A stretch of DNA of 63,830 nucleotides, counting the filler, from Nemertoderma westbladi (taxonomy: Eukaryota; Animalia; Xenacoelomorpha), in the NCBI GenBank assembly GCA_032718475.1. It is 3 parts of 3 records of this genome, joined end to end, with 100 filler letters (N's around TTAATTAATTAA, not from the genome) between each part and the next. Parts side by side here need not be neighbours in the genome. Positions count along the whole stretch, not along the records: positions 1 to 28,427 come from JAUCBJ010001253.1; 2 more parts are not named here. One strand, 5' to 3'. Made by a program: the position numbers and the translations under genes. The notes below the pieces were generated by a model, which ran no database searches, was not told the DNA's origin, and was given only the letters and a program-made list of their open reading frames with translations. Positions 12,168 to 22,545 of this stretch are shown here, one piece after another. Numbering within the stretch: position 1 is the stretch's first letter; each line of letters opens with the position of its first letter.

Positions 12168-12535
12168 GGATGACGTCATAGCACCAACAGGTACGATTAC
12201 GTCACCGTATAACAGCACCAACAGGTAGGACTACGTCACAGCATCAACAGGAAGGATAACGTCACAGCTTAATAGCACCAGCGGGTAGGATGACGTCACA
12301 GCTTAATAGCACCAGCAGGTAGGATAACGTCACGCCCTAACAGCACCAACAGGTAGGATGACGTCATTGATTAACAGCATCAACAGGAAGGATGACGTCA
12401 CAGCTTAATAGCACCAGCCAGCAGGTAGGATGACGTCACAGCTTAATAGCACCAGCAGGTAGGATAACGTCACGCCCTAACAGCACCAACAGGTAGGATG
12501 ACGTCACTGCATTTACAGGTATGATAACGTCACAT
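12166..12535 (+). repeat. Same minisatellite, right part
   Basis: The same core resumes immediately after the LINE tail. Confidence 0.95.
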
Positions 12536-12575
12536 TACCATCATGGAGGGTGGCGTCCTTGAACCAATAGGTCGG

Positions 12576-13565
12576 ACTACTACTACTATTAGGTCGAGCG
12601 AACTCGGACAGTGGAAATGAGATTTCGTTTCTCCCAAGTTCGGTATCCCTTTCAAGCTGATCTATATATGTTATGGCCGGTCGTCCCCGACTACGCTTTC
12701 CATGAGTTGGTTGCCAGAAAAGTAGATCTGGTATGATCTCGTCTTTACTTCGCCGGCAGTGCCCACTGAATCTTAATCTGCGTTCACGGAGGGTGGTTGA
12801 TACAGGTGGTATTGTACCATAAAGCTCGGCGTTTGTTATGTGTTGTCTCCAGCTGATGTTTAGGGCTACCCTTAGTAGTCTTGTGTAGCAACCATCAATT
12901 CATTGATCAATTGATTTAGTCAGTGTCCAGGTCTCACCCCCGTATAAAAATACACTTTCCACTGTGGCTCGAAAGAACTTAGTCTTCAGGTTCCTGGAGA
13001 GATCTGATTTCCAGATGGTGTCCATTTTTGATAGAGCTACCCAAGCCTTTGCTTTCCTAACTTCTTTGTCCTTTTTGCTACTCTCTATCCATGATCCAAG
13101 GTACTGGAAGTCATCGACCTTCCTTAGTTGATTATTATCAATGGTTGTCAAGTTTCCATCAACACTAAAGGTCATGAATTCGGTCTTGGTAGCATTTATA
13201 TGCAATCCAACCTCCTTAGCAGCCCTCTCCACTTTATTTAGTAGAAGCTGTGCATCTGTTAGCGTATTAGAGAGAAGGACGATGTCATCCGCAAAGTCGG
13301 TGTCTGTGACTGTAGTTGCCCGATATCTACTACTTATGCGTTCTTGAAGTGTGAATCCCAGATCTTCACCCTTTGTGGCCGTCCTCATTGCGTAATCCAG
13401 CACAATTACAAATAGTAATGGTGCTAATGTGTCACCTTGCAGTACGCCATCCAGGATTGAGAACAATTCAGTTTCACGATCTGTTGAGAATACCTGTGCT
13501 TCTGTGTCACAATATAACAATCCAATGCCAGCAACAATTACTTCTGGTATTCCATAAGCTCTTAG
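12576..13565 (-). mobile_element. 5'-truncated RTE-clade LINE (reverse transcriptase C-terminal half) with (TAG)n tail
   Basis: GVLQGDTLAPLLF, DFADDIVLL, FQYLGSWI and LYGGETWTL; continues as IDGCYTRLLR..RRLRFSGHC..RGRP; tail aatagtagtagtagt on the minus strand. Confidence 0.9.
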
Positions 13566-13615
13566 GTAGGTAGGAAGTCGTTGGTAATGACCAAATATGA
13601 ACTCTTTATTTCTAG

Positions 13616-13918
13616 AATATTCGAGATAAATCTCAGCAACTGGACGCTAGATGGCGTTCCTTTATGGTAGCAGTTGACGAGCGTTCCGAACTGCTCCGAC
13701 TATCGGCCTCCTTCCACCACAAGGCCGAGTTTTACGAGCGTTCGGTCTGCGCCTGGGCCGAGGCCTCTACGGTCCCTGTAACCGAGAGACCTCACTCAAG
13801 ATGTAGCGACTCAGGTTGTCTAGGTAACACGCAGGCTCTGTCTAATGTAGATGATATAGAACGCTTGTTACTGGAACATAAACAAAGACAAGAGGAGGTC
13901 GCTGTGGCTTATTCTCAG
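13616..13918 (+). CDS. TRIO: Trio/Kalirin-like exon B
   Basis: AG/GT boundaries, phase 0/0; NIRDKSQQLDARWRSFMVAVDERSELLRLSASFHHKAE..AYSQ. Confidence 0.9.
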
Positions 13919-14323
13919 GTTGGTGTGCACTTTATATGACTCTAATTAGAAATCAATTAATTAATTAATTATCGGAGATTTATGATCTCAAACGACCGGG
14001 CTCTTACTTGAGTAGATCTGGCAATAGATTAAGTTTAATCATTTAATTAGTTTTATATATTTATCACGCGATATAAAAGTAAACTAATAAGACGTTAATA
14101 AAAAATTACATAGAGTATACAAAATATAAATGTACACATCTTCTATGTCTGTTCTGTGTAAATGAAACGAATTGTTCTATCATCCAGTTCCAAACGGACT
14201 ACAGTTACAAACAATCATCAATTTTTATAATAGTGCCAGGCACTGTTCAAAAAGACAACTTATCTTACACACGGATTACTTTACAGTCTCTTCGACGGCT
14301 GATTTGTTACATTTTCTATACAG

Positions 14324-14554
14324 GCGTGCCAGTCTAGTAAATGTCTCCTGGAACTTCTACAGTCCCCGATCAATCCGACCCCGAACTCGAGTCTCACGTC
14401 GACCTTCGATTACTCCGGACCGGTGGAGCGGTTACTGGATCGGGTCACCGCACTGCTGAAACAACACGGACTCCTGGAAGACCGGTTAACGCGACGTTCT
14501 GATTGGCTGCAGAGGAGTCTCCAGTTAGCTCTTTACGAAAAGGATATATACCAG
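14324..14554 (+). CDS. TRIO: Trio/Kalirin-like exon C
   Basis: AG/GTAAG boundaries; ACQSSKCLLELLQSP..LQRSLQLALYEKDIYQ. Confidence 0.9.
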
Positions 14555-14739
14555 GTAAGCAGGGCTTATAGCAGGTTGATACTATACCGGTTTATTTATA
14601 CAACGTTTGTGCGCCAGAGCACTGGTAAATTTTGCCTTTATTATACTGGTTATTTGCATGTATTATGCGCCATCCACTGCTCGTTTGTCTTTATTGTGCG
14701 CTATCTAGTGATTTATGTACGCATTTACTATTGATGCAG

Positions 14740-14862
14740 GTACTAAATTGGATTGAGGAACATGGTAATCCGTTTTTGCTTCGTTACAACGGCGTTGGAA
14801 AGGGTTTAACTAAAGCGAAAGCGTTACAGGAACGTCATCTGGAGTTCGAGAGGGTTGCTCAA
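14740..14862 (+). CDS. TRIO: Trio/Kalirin-like exon D
   Basis: VLNWIEEHGNPFLLRYNGVGKGLTKAKALQERHLEFERVAQ resembles Trio VLDWIENHGEAFLSKHTGVGKSLHRARALQKRHEDFEEVAQ. Confidence 0.92.
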
Positions 14863-14988
14863 GTTAGTTGGAGAGTTGCGCATGTTGATTAAAATACCGC
14901 CACCTTTACCTCCTTTTACATTTCTTATGTTATAGACCAAAGCTAAAGTTAAAAGTTACATTAACGTTTGTCTCATATTTTATTATAG

Positions 14989-15198
14989 AACACCTACAGC
15001 AATGCTGATAAACTAATATCTGCAGTCCATCACATATCCGCGGTCCACCACATCGTGACCTCAGCTGACGACCCACCTCTAGGAATTTATTCCATGGCTA
15101 AATCCCTCGAAGATAAAGTGAACGCTTTCGTGAGGAAAGTAGAGTACAGACGACAGTTGTTAGACCTCAGTGTGTCCTTCCATACTCACATCAAAGAG
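14989..15198 (+). CDS. TRIO: Trio/Kalirin-like exon E
   Basis: NTYSNADKL..LEDKVNAFVRKVEYRRQLLDLSVSFHTHIKE; AG/GT boundaries. Confidence 0.92.
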
Positions 15199-15369
15199 GT
15201 TAGATATTTACTAATATTATATTATTAAATAATAATAATATATGCGATCAGTGTAATAATAATATTGTTGTTTAGACTTTTCCAAATGAGTTGAGTGACG
15301 AATATTGTATGCACAAAGGCTGAAATAGCGATTTTACATCAGCCTGTTGTTAACACGCTTGTGTTTTAG

Positions 15370-15539
15370 TTGTCCGTGTGGTTCAGTCAACACCAAGATA
15401 CGTTGAACAGCGCTGATGTAATAGAATCCGTTGAAACATGTCAAGAGTTGTTGGGAACCTTAGAACACGAGAAAGAAGCTACAGTGGATGCGATTCTTAG
15501 CACCAGAGGGGAGGGCCATTTCCTACTAGATCTACTGAG
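15370..15539 (+). CDS. TRIO: Trio/Kalirin-like exon F
   Basis: LSVWFSQHQ..ESVETCQELL..EGHFLLDLL(R); phase 0/2. Confidence 0.85.
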
Positions 15540-15739
15540 GTTAGTACCAGAAGGCAGAGCGACGGAAGCAGCTGAAGTATTAGGGGCGTGTCCGTACGCG
15601 AACCCCCTCATCCGAGCGGAATGGCGCAGACAACGCAGTAATTCGTGAGAAGTATCTTTGTGCAGTGCCATTTTCCTACTAGATCTATTAGTTGAGTTAC
15701 TTTACAAAATGTTTTTCTTTGTTTTGCTATGTCCTTTAG

Positions 15740-15929
15740 GGAGCAGCAACTAGATTCTAGCGGCGGTGCTACGAACTCAGATGGAGCGATACCAGCCAGT
15801 CAGCATCTGGAGCAAACATTGCAGCGATTGGACGAGAGTCATGGGCAGTTGGATCAGCTGTGGGTGAATAGGAAACTGCGACTGGAGTTAACATTGAGGT
15901 TGAGGGTTTACGAGACCGAGGCCATGGAG
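15740..15929 (+). CDS. TRIO: Trio/Kalirin-like exon G
   Basis: Phase 2/0; HLEQTLQRLDESHGQLDQLWVNRKLRLELTLRLRVYETEAME. Confidence 0.88.
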
Positions 15930-16070
15930 GTAATTAGTTATTGTATGGGAAAATAGACTAAATATAATCAGTCAAATTGTAAACAATGTATATTTCGTTG
16001 TTCATTAATGTTTTTTTTATATTTGTATATTGTTGTTTGTTTGTTTATTGTTGTTTGTTTGTTTATTTAG

Positions 16071-16194
16071 GTGTCATCGCAATTAGAAGCGTGGGCAGCG
16101 GAACTGAAACAACTTCGGTTGCCGGATAAACCCGAGGAAGCTGAAACCAGTTTACAACAGCATTCAGCGACTGTGGCCCAACTGCAGGCTGCGG
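16071..16194 (+). CDS. TRIO: Trio/Kalirin-like exon H (gene continues; later exons not seen)
   Basis: tttag|GTG..GCGG|gtgagt; VSSQLEAWAAEL..EEAETSLQQHSATVAQLQAA. Confidence 0.8.
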
Positions 16195-16503
16195 GTGAGT
16201 TGTGGTACCCGTAGGTAATATAACTCTTATACATTCTGCCCCGCCCTCTTTTAGCGCAGGAGTGTTGTTGGTTGACGATGAGTAGTAGATAGGGTTCGTT
16301 ATGCAGTCCGAACTGGTCGACTGGTCGACAAATCGATATATTAGAAGGAAAATCAGTTAAAAAAACAATTTAACTTATTATATTCAATGGAAAATAAACA
16401 CATAAGTAAAATAAGCGACAATAAAATGATGTTGATTTAACTTTAAAAGGATCAAAGTTCACCATCGAGAGAATAAATTATAAAGCTATTTATAATACTG
16501 ACG

Positions 16504-17286
16504 TCATTGGGTCACAGTGATGGGATCGGCGAGATCTAATTGGTTGAAGTAGCGGGTTACCAGCGTTACGATGAGGTTTAGCGGTGCCAGTCGTGGGTCG
16601 TCCGGGTCTGTTACCGAACCTCTCAGCGTCTTAGCGGCCCGACATAGTTCCCGGATAGTGCTGGTGTAGTCGTCGGGGAGGGGCTTGTCGAGGCAGGCGA
16701 GCAGGGCGTAGATCCAGGCGCCCTGGGCGGCGCCCACCCAGCCCGCTGTCTGGAGCCACTCGGTGTGGTACCCGAGTATCTTGTTGAGTAGCGACTGGTG
16801 GAGGGTAGCGAGGAGGGGGACGGAGGGGGGCACGCTGTCCCAATGTCCCGGCGTGTCCCGGACGTTGTCCCCTAGCACTCGCTCCGCCGCGCGCTGTCCC
16901 AAACACACCCGACACCACTGCGTCTCATTGGCTTCCCGCGGGAGTTTAATAACCTTGTTTGTTTGTTTGGTTTCCTTGGCGACTAAGAATTGGGCGCGGG
17001 TTTCCGCGAAATCGGCGCAGACCGAGGCGACTTGTCGGGTTGTTGGGAGGAGCGACGCGGGGCAGTGTTCGGTGCGAGACGGCGGGACGCGGACGGTCTG
17101 GTTGGCGGCGAGATGGGACCAGTCGGTCTGCGAGACGACAACGTCCGGGAGGGATTGGCTCTCCTTCTGAACGGAGCGGAGATATTGGGAGGCTGTGGTT
17201 GGGAGCGGGGAGTCGGTGGTTGGGAGCGGGGAGTCGTTGTCTGAGTCGTCTAGGGGAGCGAGTACGGGGCAGAGGAGATCGTCCAT
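16504..17286 (-). CDS. GEMIN2: Gem-associated protein 2 (SMN complex), intronless
   Basis: ATG at 17286; PTTASQYLRSVQKE..PDVVV, WCRVCLG, GAWIYALLACLDKPL..STIRELCR, LNLIVTLVTRYFNQLDLAD. Confidence 0.92.
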   Translation of the reverse strand: MDDLLCPVLAPLDDSDNDSPLPTTDSPLPTTASQYLRSVQKESQSLPDVVVSQTDWSHLAANQTVRVPPSRTEHCPASLLPTTRQVASVCADFAETRAQFLVAKETKQTNKVIKLPREANETQWCRVCLGQRAAERVLGDNVRDTPGHWDSVPPSVPLLATLHQSLLNKILGYHTEWLQTAGWVGAAQGAWIYALLACLDKPLPDDYTSTIRELCRAAKTLRGSVTDPDDPRLAPLNLIVTLVTRYFNQLDLADPITVTQ

Positions 17287-18048
17287 CGCGGGTTGGCCGG
17301 TACCGGTAGATTGATTACCCCAAGTTGTAGGCCAGATTGGTAGATCTGTACCGGTTACAGTATTATATGACTCAACACAACGTCGAAGCACCTAAATAAG
17401 TTAACGAAATATTGTAATACTGACGCGGAATAACGAATATCCCTAACATATTATGCCGACACCCCGACACGCTAGTCTACAAACATAAACTTTGGTGTTT
17501 AGAGTGTTTACTTACTAACGTTCTGGTTTCTGGATATAAAAAGAAAACTATTTAATATTTTATAATAATAATAATAATATTTAACTATCCGATGGACAGT
17601 GTCAATAGTACAAACCGGACAATAGAACAAATACTGAAATACAGCCGGACATTATAGAACTTGTAGAAGGAGGAACTTATAGAACATTACATAACGGAGT
17701 AGAATACCGTTTACTGAATGAATATAGGTACCGGTACGCTTTATGTGATATGCGGTCTCTAGCTGCCTAGAATAGAAATGTCCTTCTTGAAGCTGTCAAG
17801 GTAGACGTCTACGCAATTGAAGTTAAAAAAACAAAAAGTAAATATAAACACTAATAAATAATTCAATGTATTATAGACCAAAATGACAAACCCTTAACGC
17901 AGTGCCGTGTCGTGTACCGTTACCACAAACTGTGGCGCCAGTAGGCTACCGGTAGGCCTACCTGTAGGCCTACCGGTAGGCTACCAGTAGGCTACCGGTA
18001 GGCCTACCGGTAGGCCTACCTGTCAGCCTGTTTTTGTGTTTATAAGTA

Positions 18049-18387
18049 TCACTGTAATTTCTTTTTATTCCTTTTATCCACCCGACTGCGTTTGTGTTTC
18101 TGAGTTGGCTGGGTTCGTTTCTCCTCCTCTGGTTTACTTTGTTGCTCGTGCGGTTTCTTCTGTATCGCTGCCGGTATATCCTCGGTAGACGAGCGTCGCT
18201 CAGACGCCCCGTCTACGGTATCTGGCTCCGTCGGCGCGAAGAATATTGCCGATATGCAGATAAGTTGGAATATACCGCCAGCGATTAGAACCCAGTAAAG
18301 AATCACGTCGAATAAAGTATCTTTGGGTATCAAATCGTCCACGTCGATCAATGAGTCAGTTGAGTTATTGAGTAATGCTGATTCCAT
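18049..18387 (-). CDS. MANBAL: MANBAL / UPF0239 small membrane protein, intronless CDS
   Basis: TLFDVILYWVLIAGGIFQLICISAIFFAP plus a basic C-terminal tail, resembling the UPF0239 signature (LL.YGL..GAIFQLIC..AI..P). Confidence 0.8.
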   Translation of the reverse strand: MESALLNNSTDSLIDVDDLIPKDTLFDVILYWVLIAGGIFQLICISAIFFAPTEPDTVDGASERRSSTEDIPAAIQKKPHEQQSKPEEEKRTQPTQKHKRSRVDKRNKKKLQ

Positions 18388-18894
18388 TATGGACTAGCCC
18401 AAATAGGGGCCTAATTAATATATACGAGACTGACTGGCGAGGTGAGAAGCAGAAGCACTACAGTAGAGATTCCTACCTGCTAATAAATATTGTAAAGCAA
18501 TAAAGCAAACCACACTTTTAATCACATGATATTTAACAATACAGCAACACTACACACTACCGCCCACAATTATTGCATGTATTGGTATCTACAGGAACAA
18601 TCAAACATAGGCTAATCCATAAAACCAAAACCATTAGCGACGACTTAGGAAGACTACTACTAATGAAATCCTTGGCAATGCAAATAATTTAGTAAAGTAA
18701 TGAAAGCTGTTACTTAGCAACTGCATAAACAATGCGTGTATTTGCCGTTAAATATAAAAAATGAGGTTGCTTGCGCTATATAAGCTATTTTTTTAAATAC
18801 TGACCACTTCTTATGACTCACTGACTGGCCGTCTGTAGTAGTAAACAATCATAACTGATAACTTAAAAACATTGGGTTTGTTGTTTTGATTTTT

Positions 18895-19160
18895 CGGTTG
18901 GGTGAATTCTTAGCCCGCGAATATTCTTAGCCCGCGGGTATTCTTAGCCCGCGGGTATTCTTAGCCCGCGGGTATTCTTAGCCCGCGGGTATTCTTTGCC
19001 CGCGAGTTAGTAAAGGAGGAGGTTAGTATAGGAGGAGGTTAGTAAAGGAGCAGGTTTCAGAGGCGTATTGGGGGAACCAAAACAATATACGTTATTGTTT
19101 TGCGGGCTAAGAATACCCACGGGCTAAGAATACTCGCGGTCCAAGAATTCCTGAGACCCT
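18895..19160. mobile_element. MITE with 17-bp subterminal repeats (gggtattcttagcccgc) in opposite orientation at the two ends
   Basis: ~6 direct copies at 18905-19005 and 3 inverted copies at 19102-19150. Confidence 0.75.
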
Positions 19161-19407
19161 TTTTTTGATGACAAGTTCATTCTCCTCAAAAGTGTCCAAA
19201 TGTGGGAATTTTATTGCAAAGATGTTTTTTTTCCAAAATATCGAAAACTATATATCGTTCAAATGCTATTTGCGATGCGAATATGATGGTGCTACATTTA
19301 AAGCTTATAAGGAATTATTAAATATAAATAAATTATACATGTAAACTTTTATAAAAACTTGATAAGGAATTACAAGCGAAAAACTGATGTCCATCGCTGT
19401 AATGGTT

Positions 19408-20436
19408 ACTCTGGAGTCCCGAATAGACGGGGCGACACGTTTATTAATTTTTTCTAAAAAATTTAGTACATTTTTTATTATGAGTAAATAAACGTTCCCC
19501 CCCCCCCCCCCCCCCCCCCAATGTTTCTACTAATCTTAATGAGATTGCATGAAATTTGAAACCGAGTTAGTTTCACCTTCCTCCCCCTTACTGGGTGAGC
19601 CAGAATTTTTATTTTTGCTTTCAATCTTTAGCTACAAGCGTTTGAAAAAGGTGTCTCCAGTGATATTTCACCAGTTACACTGCAGTTATTCATGAACCTT
19701 ATCGCGATAGAAAGCTAACCATGCAAGGATTCCAAAAATGTAAAAATATTTGAATTTGGTTGGGAAATAGCTGAGATATGAGCGTTCAAAAGTTTCATAG
19801 CTTTGCACCTGCGCGAGGCTGTTTTATTCTATTAAATAAAAACACTATATTGTAGAACATTTTGTTTATGTATGAATAGCTACAATAATAGTATGTTTAA
19901 AGAAGCATTGTATTGTTGCCCAGCTACGTTTGGAATAAACAAAATGTTCCAGAATATGATGTACATGTATTTATTAAATAGAATAAATGGCGTGCAGGGG
20001 AAGCAAATACATGCAACTTTCGAATGCCCATCAAAAAACACGGTCAGCTTTCTATTGGTACCAACAAATCACGATAAGGTTCAAGAATAACTGCAGTGTA
20101 ACTGGTGAAATATCACCGGAGACACCTTTTTAAAACGCTTGTAGATAAAGAAGGAAAGCAAAAATAAAAATTCTGGCTCACCCAGCAAGGAGGAGGGAGG
20201 TGAATCTATCTCTATTTGAAATTTCATTCAATCTCATTAAGATTTGTAGAAAAATTTGGGGGGGGGGGGTCCATGTACCAGAATAACGACACTATATTCC
20301 AGGACATGGTGTAAACCACCGGTAGCTGTAGGTACTGCTGTACCTGTACGCCTATACTGTATGTTAAGTAAGTTTTTCAATTTTTTCCACCCACCCCGTA
20401 TATTCCACCCACCCCGACTATTCGGAACTCCAGAGT
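19408..20436. mobile_element. ~1-kb foldback non-autonomous DNA transposon (possibly nested)
   Basis: Termini actctggagtcccgaatagacgggg / ccccgactattcggaactccagagt; 19520-19870 is the inverted complement of ~19930-20265. Confidence 0.8.
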
Positions 20437-20510
20437 GTGCCCTTGTTTTAAGCATTTTGTAGTGGTCATTTCGTGGACAAATTGACGTAATTCCGTAATG
20501 TTTAGTATTA

Positions 20511-21468
20511 ATAGGGTTGGTGCGCGAAAAAATTGTTGGGCTAGAAACAATCGAATAAGGTGTAACAAGGTACCCTGAAACGAGTGAGTGGCGGGGTGTG
20601 TTTTTTGTAAAAACATGTGGAAAGGGTCGAAATGGCGGGTTTAAGTAAGCCCGGGAAGCCAATTTTAAAAATCGGCTGTGATTGGCTGCTACATATTTGA
20701 CGTCATTACGCAGTGCTCCGATAATTTTTTATATTGTTTTCTATGGAAGGTGATTTTAGATCCATTTAAATTCACATTTAATCTCAATTGAAAGCTGAGA
20801 GTCTTGCGCGTCTTTTAACATTACAATTACTTAAATTCATGATCACAAATATTGATAAAATACTGTTTGCAATTTTGTAAACTTGGTAGATTGCCTGACC
20901 CCCTATGCTATACAACTCAACCACTCAGCCCTATCTATCCATCTATTGCATTGCAGTATTGGAGTACTGTAGGCCTATTGCAGCTGTATTGTTGCGGTCA
21001 TTACATCATTACTTGTATATCCCATCCTGTAAGCGGTAAGGCCATACAGTTCTGAGTTCGTGTTAGAGTGGTACAGCAGTAGATTTACTTAACTTAATGC
21101 TGTAATGAACTTAAGCATAACAATACAGTAATTTGCCTACTCCAATTAATACTCCAATGCCCAATACAATAGATAGATATGAGTTGTATAGCATAGGGGG
21201 TCAGGCAATCTACCAAGTTTACAAAATTGCAAACAGTATTTTATCAATATTTGTGATCATGAATTTAAGTAATTGTAATGTTAAAAGACGCGCAAGACAC
21301 TCCGCTTTCAATTAATATAAGTCACGTGTGAAATGATTGAGATTTAATGTGTATTTAAATGGATCTAAAATCACACCCTCCATAGGAACCAATATAAGAA
21401 ATTACCGGTATTAAAATTAATTTTTTCAAAATTGGCTTCCCGGGCTTTTTTCGCGAACCAACCCTATT
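20511..21468. mobile_element. ~950-bp foldback MITE; terminus also present at ~1390-1445
   Basis: TIR aatagggttggtgcgcgaaaaaa / tttttcgcgaaccaaccctatt; 20650-20950 is inverted at 21165-21445. Confidence 0.8.
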
Positions 21469-21931
21469 GTACCTATATTAAGTTAACTATCATCATAATA
21501 AGAACAGGAAAAATTGATCTCTATACATAATGTTTTCCAGTTTATTAAAAATGTTATTATAAATTTAAGTTTACATTGTTTGTGATTGCGATAGAAAACG
21601 TTAAATTTACATAATTACATGCAGTTTGATAGAGAGAAATAAGTGACCCATTTTAATTGGAGTCTATAAATACGGCAATATCCAATTTTATTATTTAATC
21701 AGAAATCCTCAGAAGACCCCAGTATCACAGCTGCCCACGTCGTTGCTCACGCCTTGAATCTTGATTTCCATGTCCATCCTCATTTCCAATTTCTCTACCA
21801 ACCTCTCCTTCCTTCCCCAATAACATATTTATTACTCCCACTATGCATTCTCCACTCCCACCCAGAATACTCCCACTGCTACTCTATTCTCCAATTTATA
21901 CTCTCATTATAAGTTTCAATAATACTTTCAT

Positions 21932-22130
21932 GAGCACAGCTTTTCAAAATGGGCAATGACGTCCAGGTGGGATCGAACTGGTGACCTCCAGTGGAAGTCT
22001 GACGTAGTGTTTCCCTGACTACCTTTTACCTGAGCCGCTAGCTGAATGGTTAGAGCGACAGACTTCCAACTCGGAGGTCACCAGTTCGATTCCACCTGGA
22101 CGTCATTGCCGACTTTGCAAAGCAGTGCCC
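21932..22130. mobile_element. tRNA-derived SINE head (+, ~22032-22105) preceded by an inverted partial copy
   Basis: A box tagctgaatgg, loop cttccaa (TCC, Gly-like), B box gttcgattcc; the acceptor stem does not pair; 21932-22000 is the reverse complement of 22060-22130. Confidence 0.7.
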
Positions 22131-22545
22131 AATAAGGTGGATGGTCTGATAAGATATGAAACTGTACTATCACTACTGGTATATCACTAGACTTTGTGAT
22201 TATTTGTATTATACACATCAGACACTCTGCTTATGTAATGTAGGTAGGCTACCGGTTTTACTGTAGTTATAGACAAAAATAAAATCACGTCATAAATAAT
22301 TGCACTGCATTTTGAAGAAATTTAATTAAATTTTGAAAGATAAATAAAAATTTGAAAATTTTTTATTATTTATGATTATTTTATTCTTCCAGGTTGCCAA
22401 GTAATACAGAAAGGACAAGAATTGTACCAATATCTCGAAAATTCCGGAATTGAAATTATGTCTGACGCTGAAAATGCAGCACAATCCCGGATTCAGGTTA
22501 GTCCACAATAATATTGGGGCGAGCCACTAAGGTGTAGTTGGACAT

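Noticed and set aside
9052-12535. CRISPR-like array (conserved repeat with variable linkers)
   Set aside because: Linkers are 0-10 bp and recurrent rather than unique spacers; eukaryotic intron; no cas genes
22032-22105. Functional tRNA-Gly gene
   Set aside because: The acceptor stem does not pair and the similarity extends into a repeated 3' body; SINE-like
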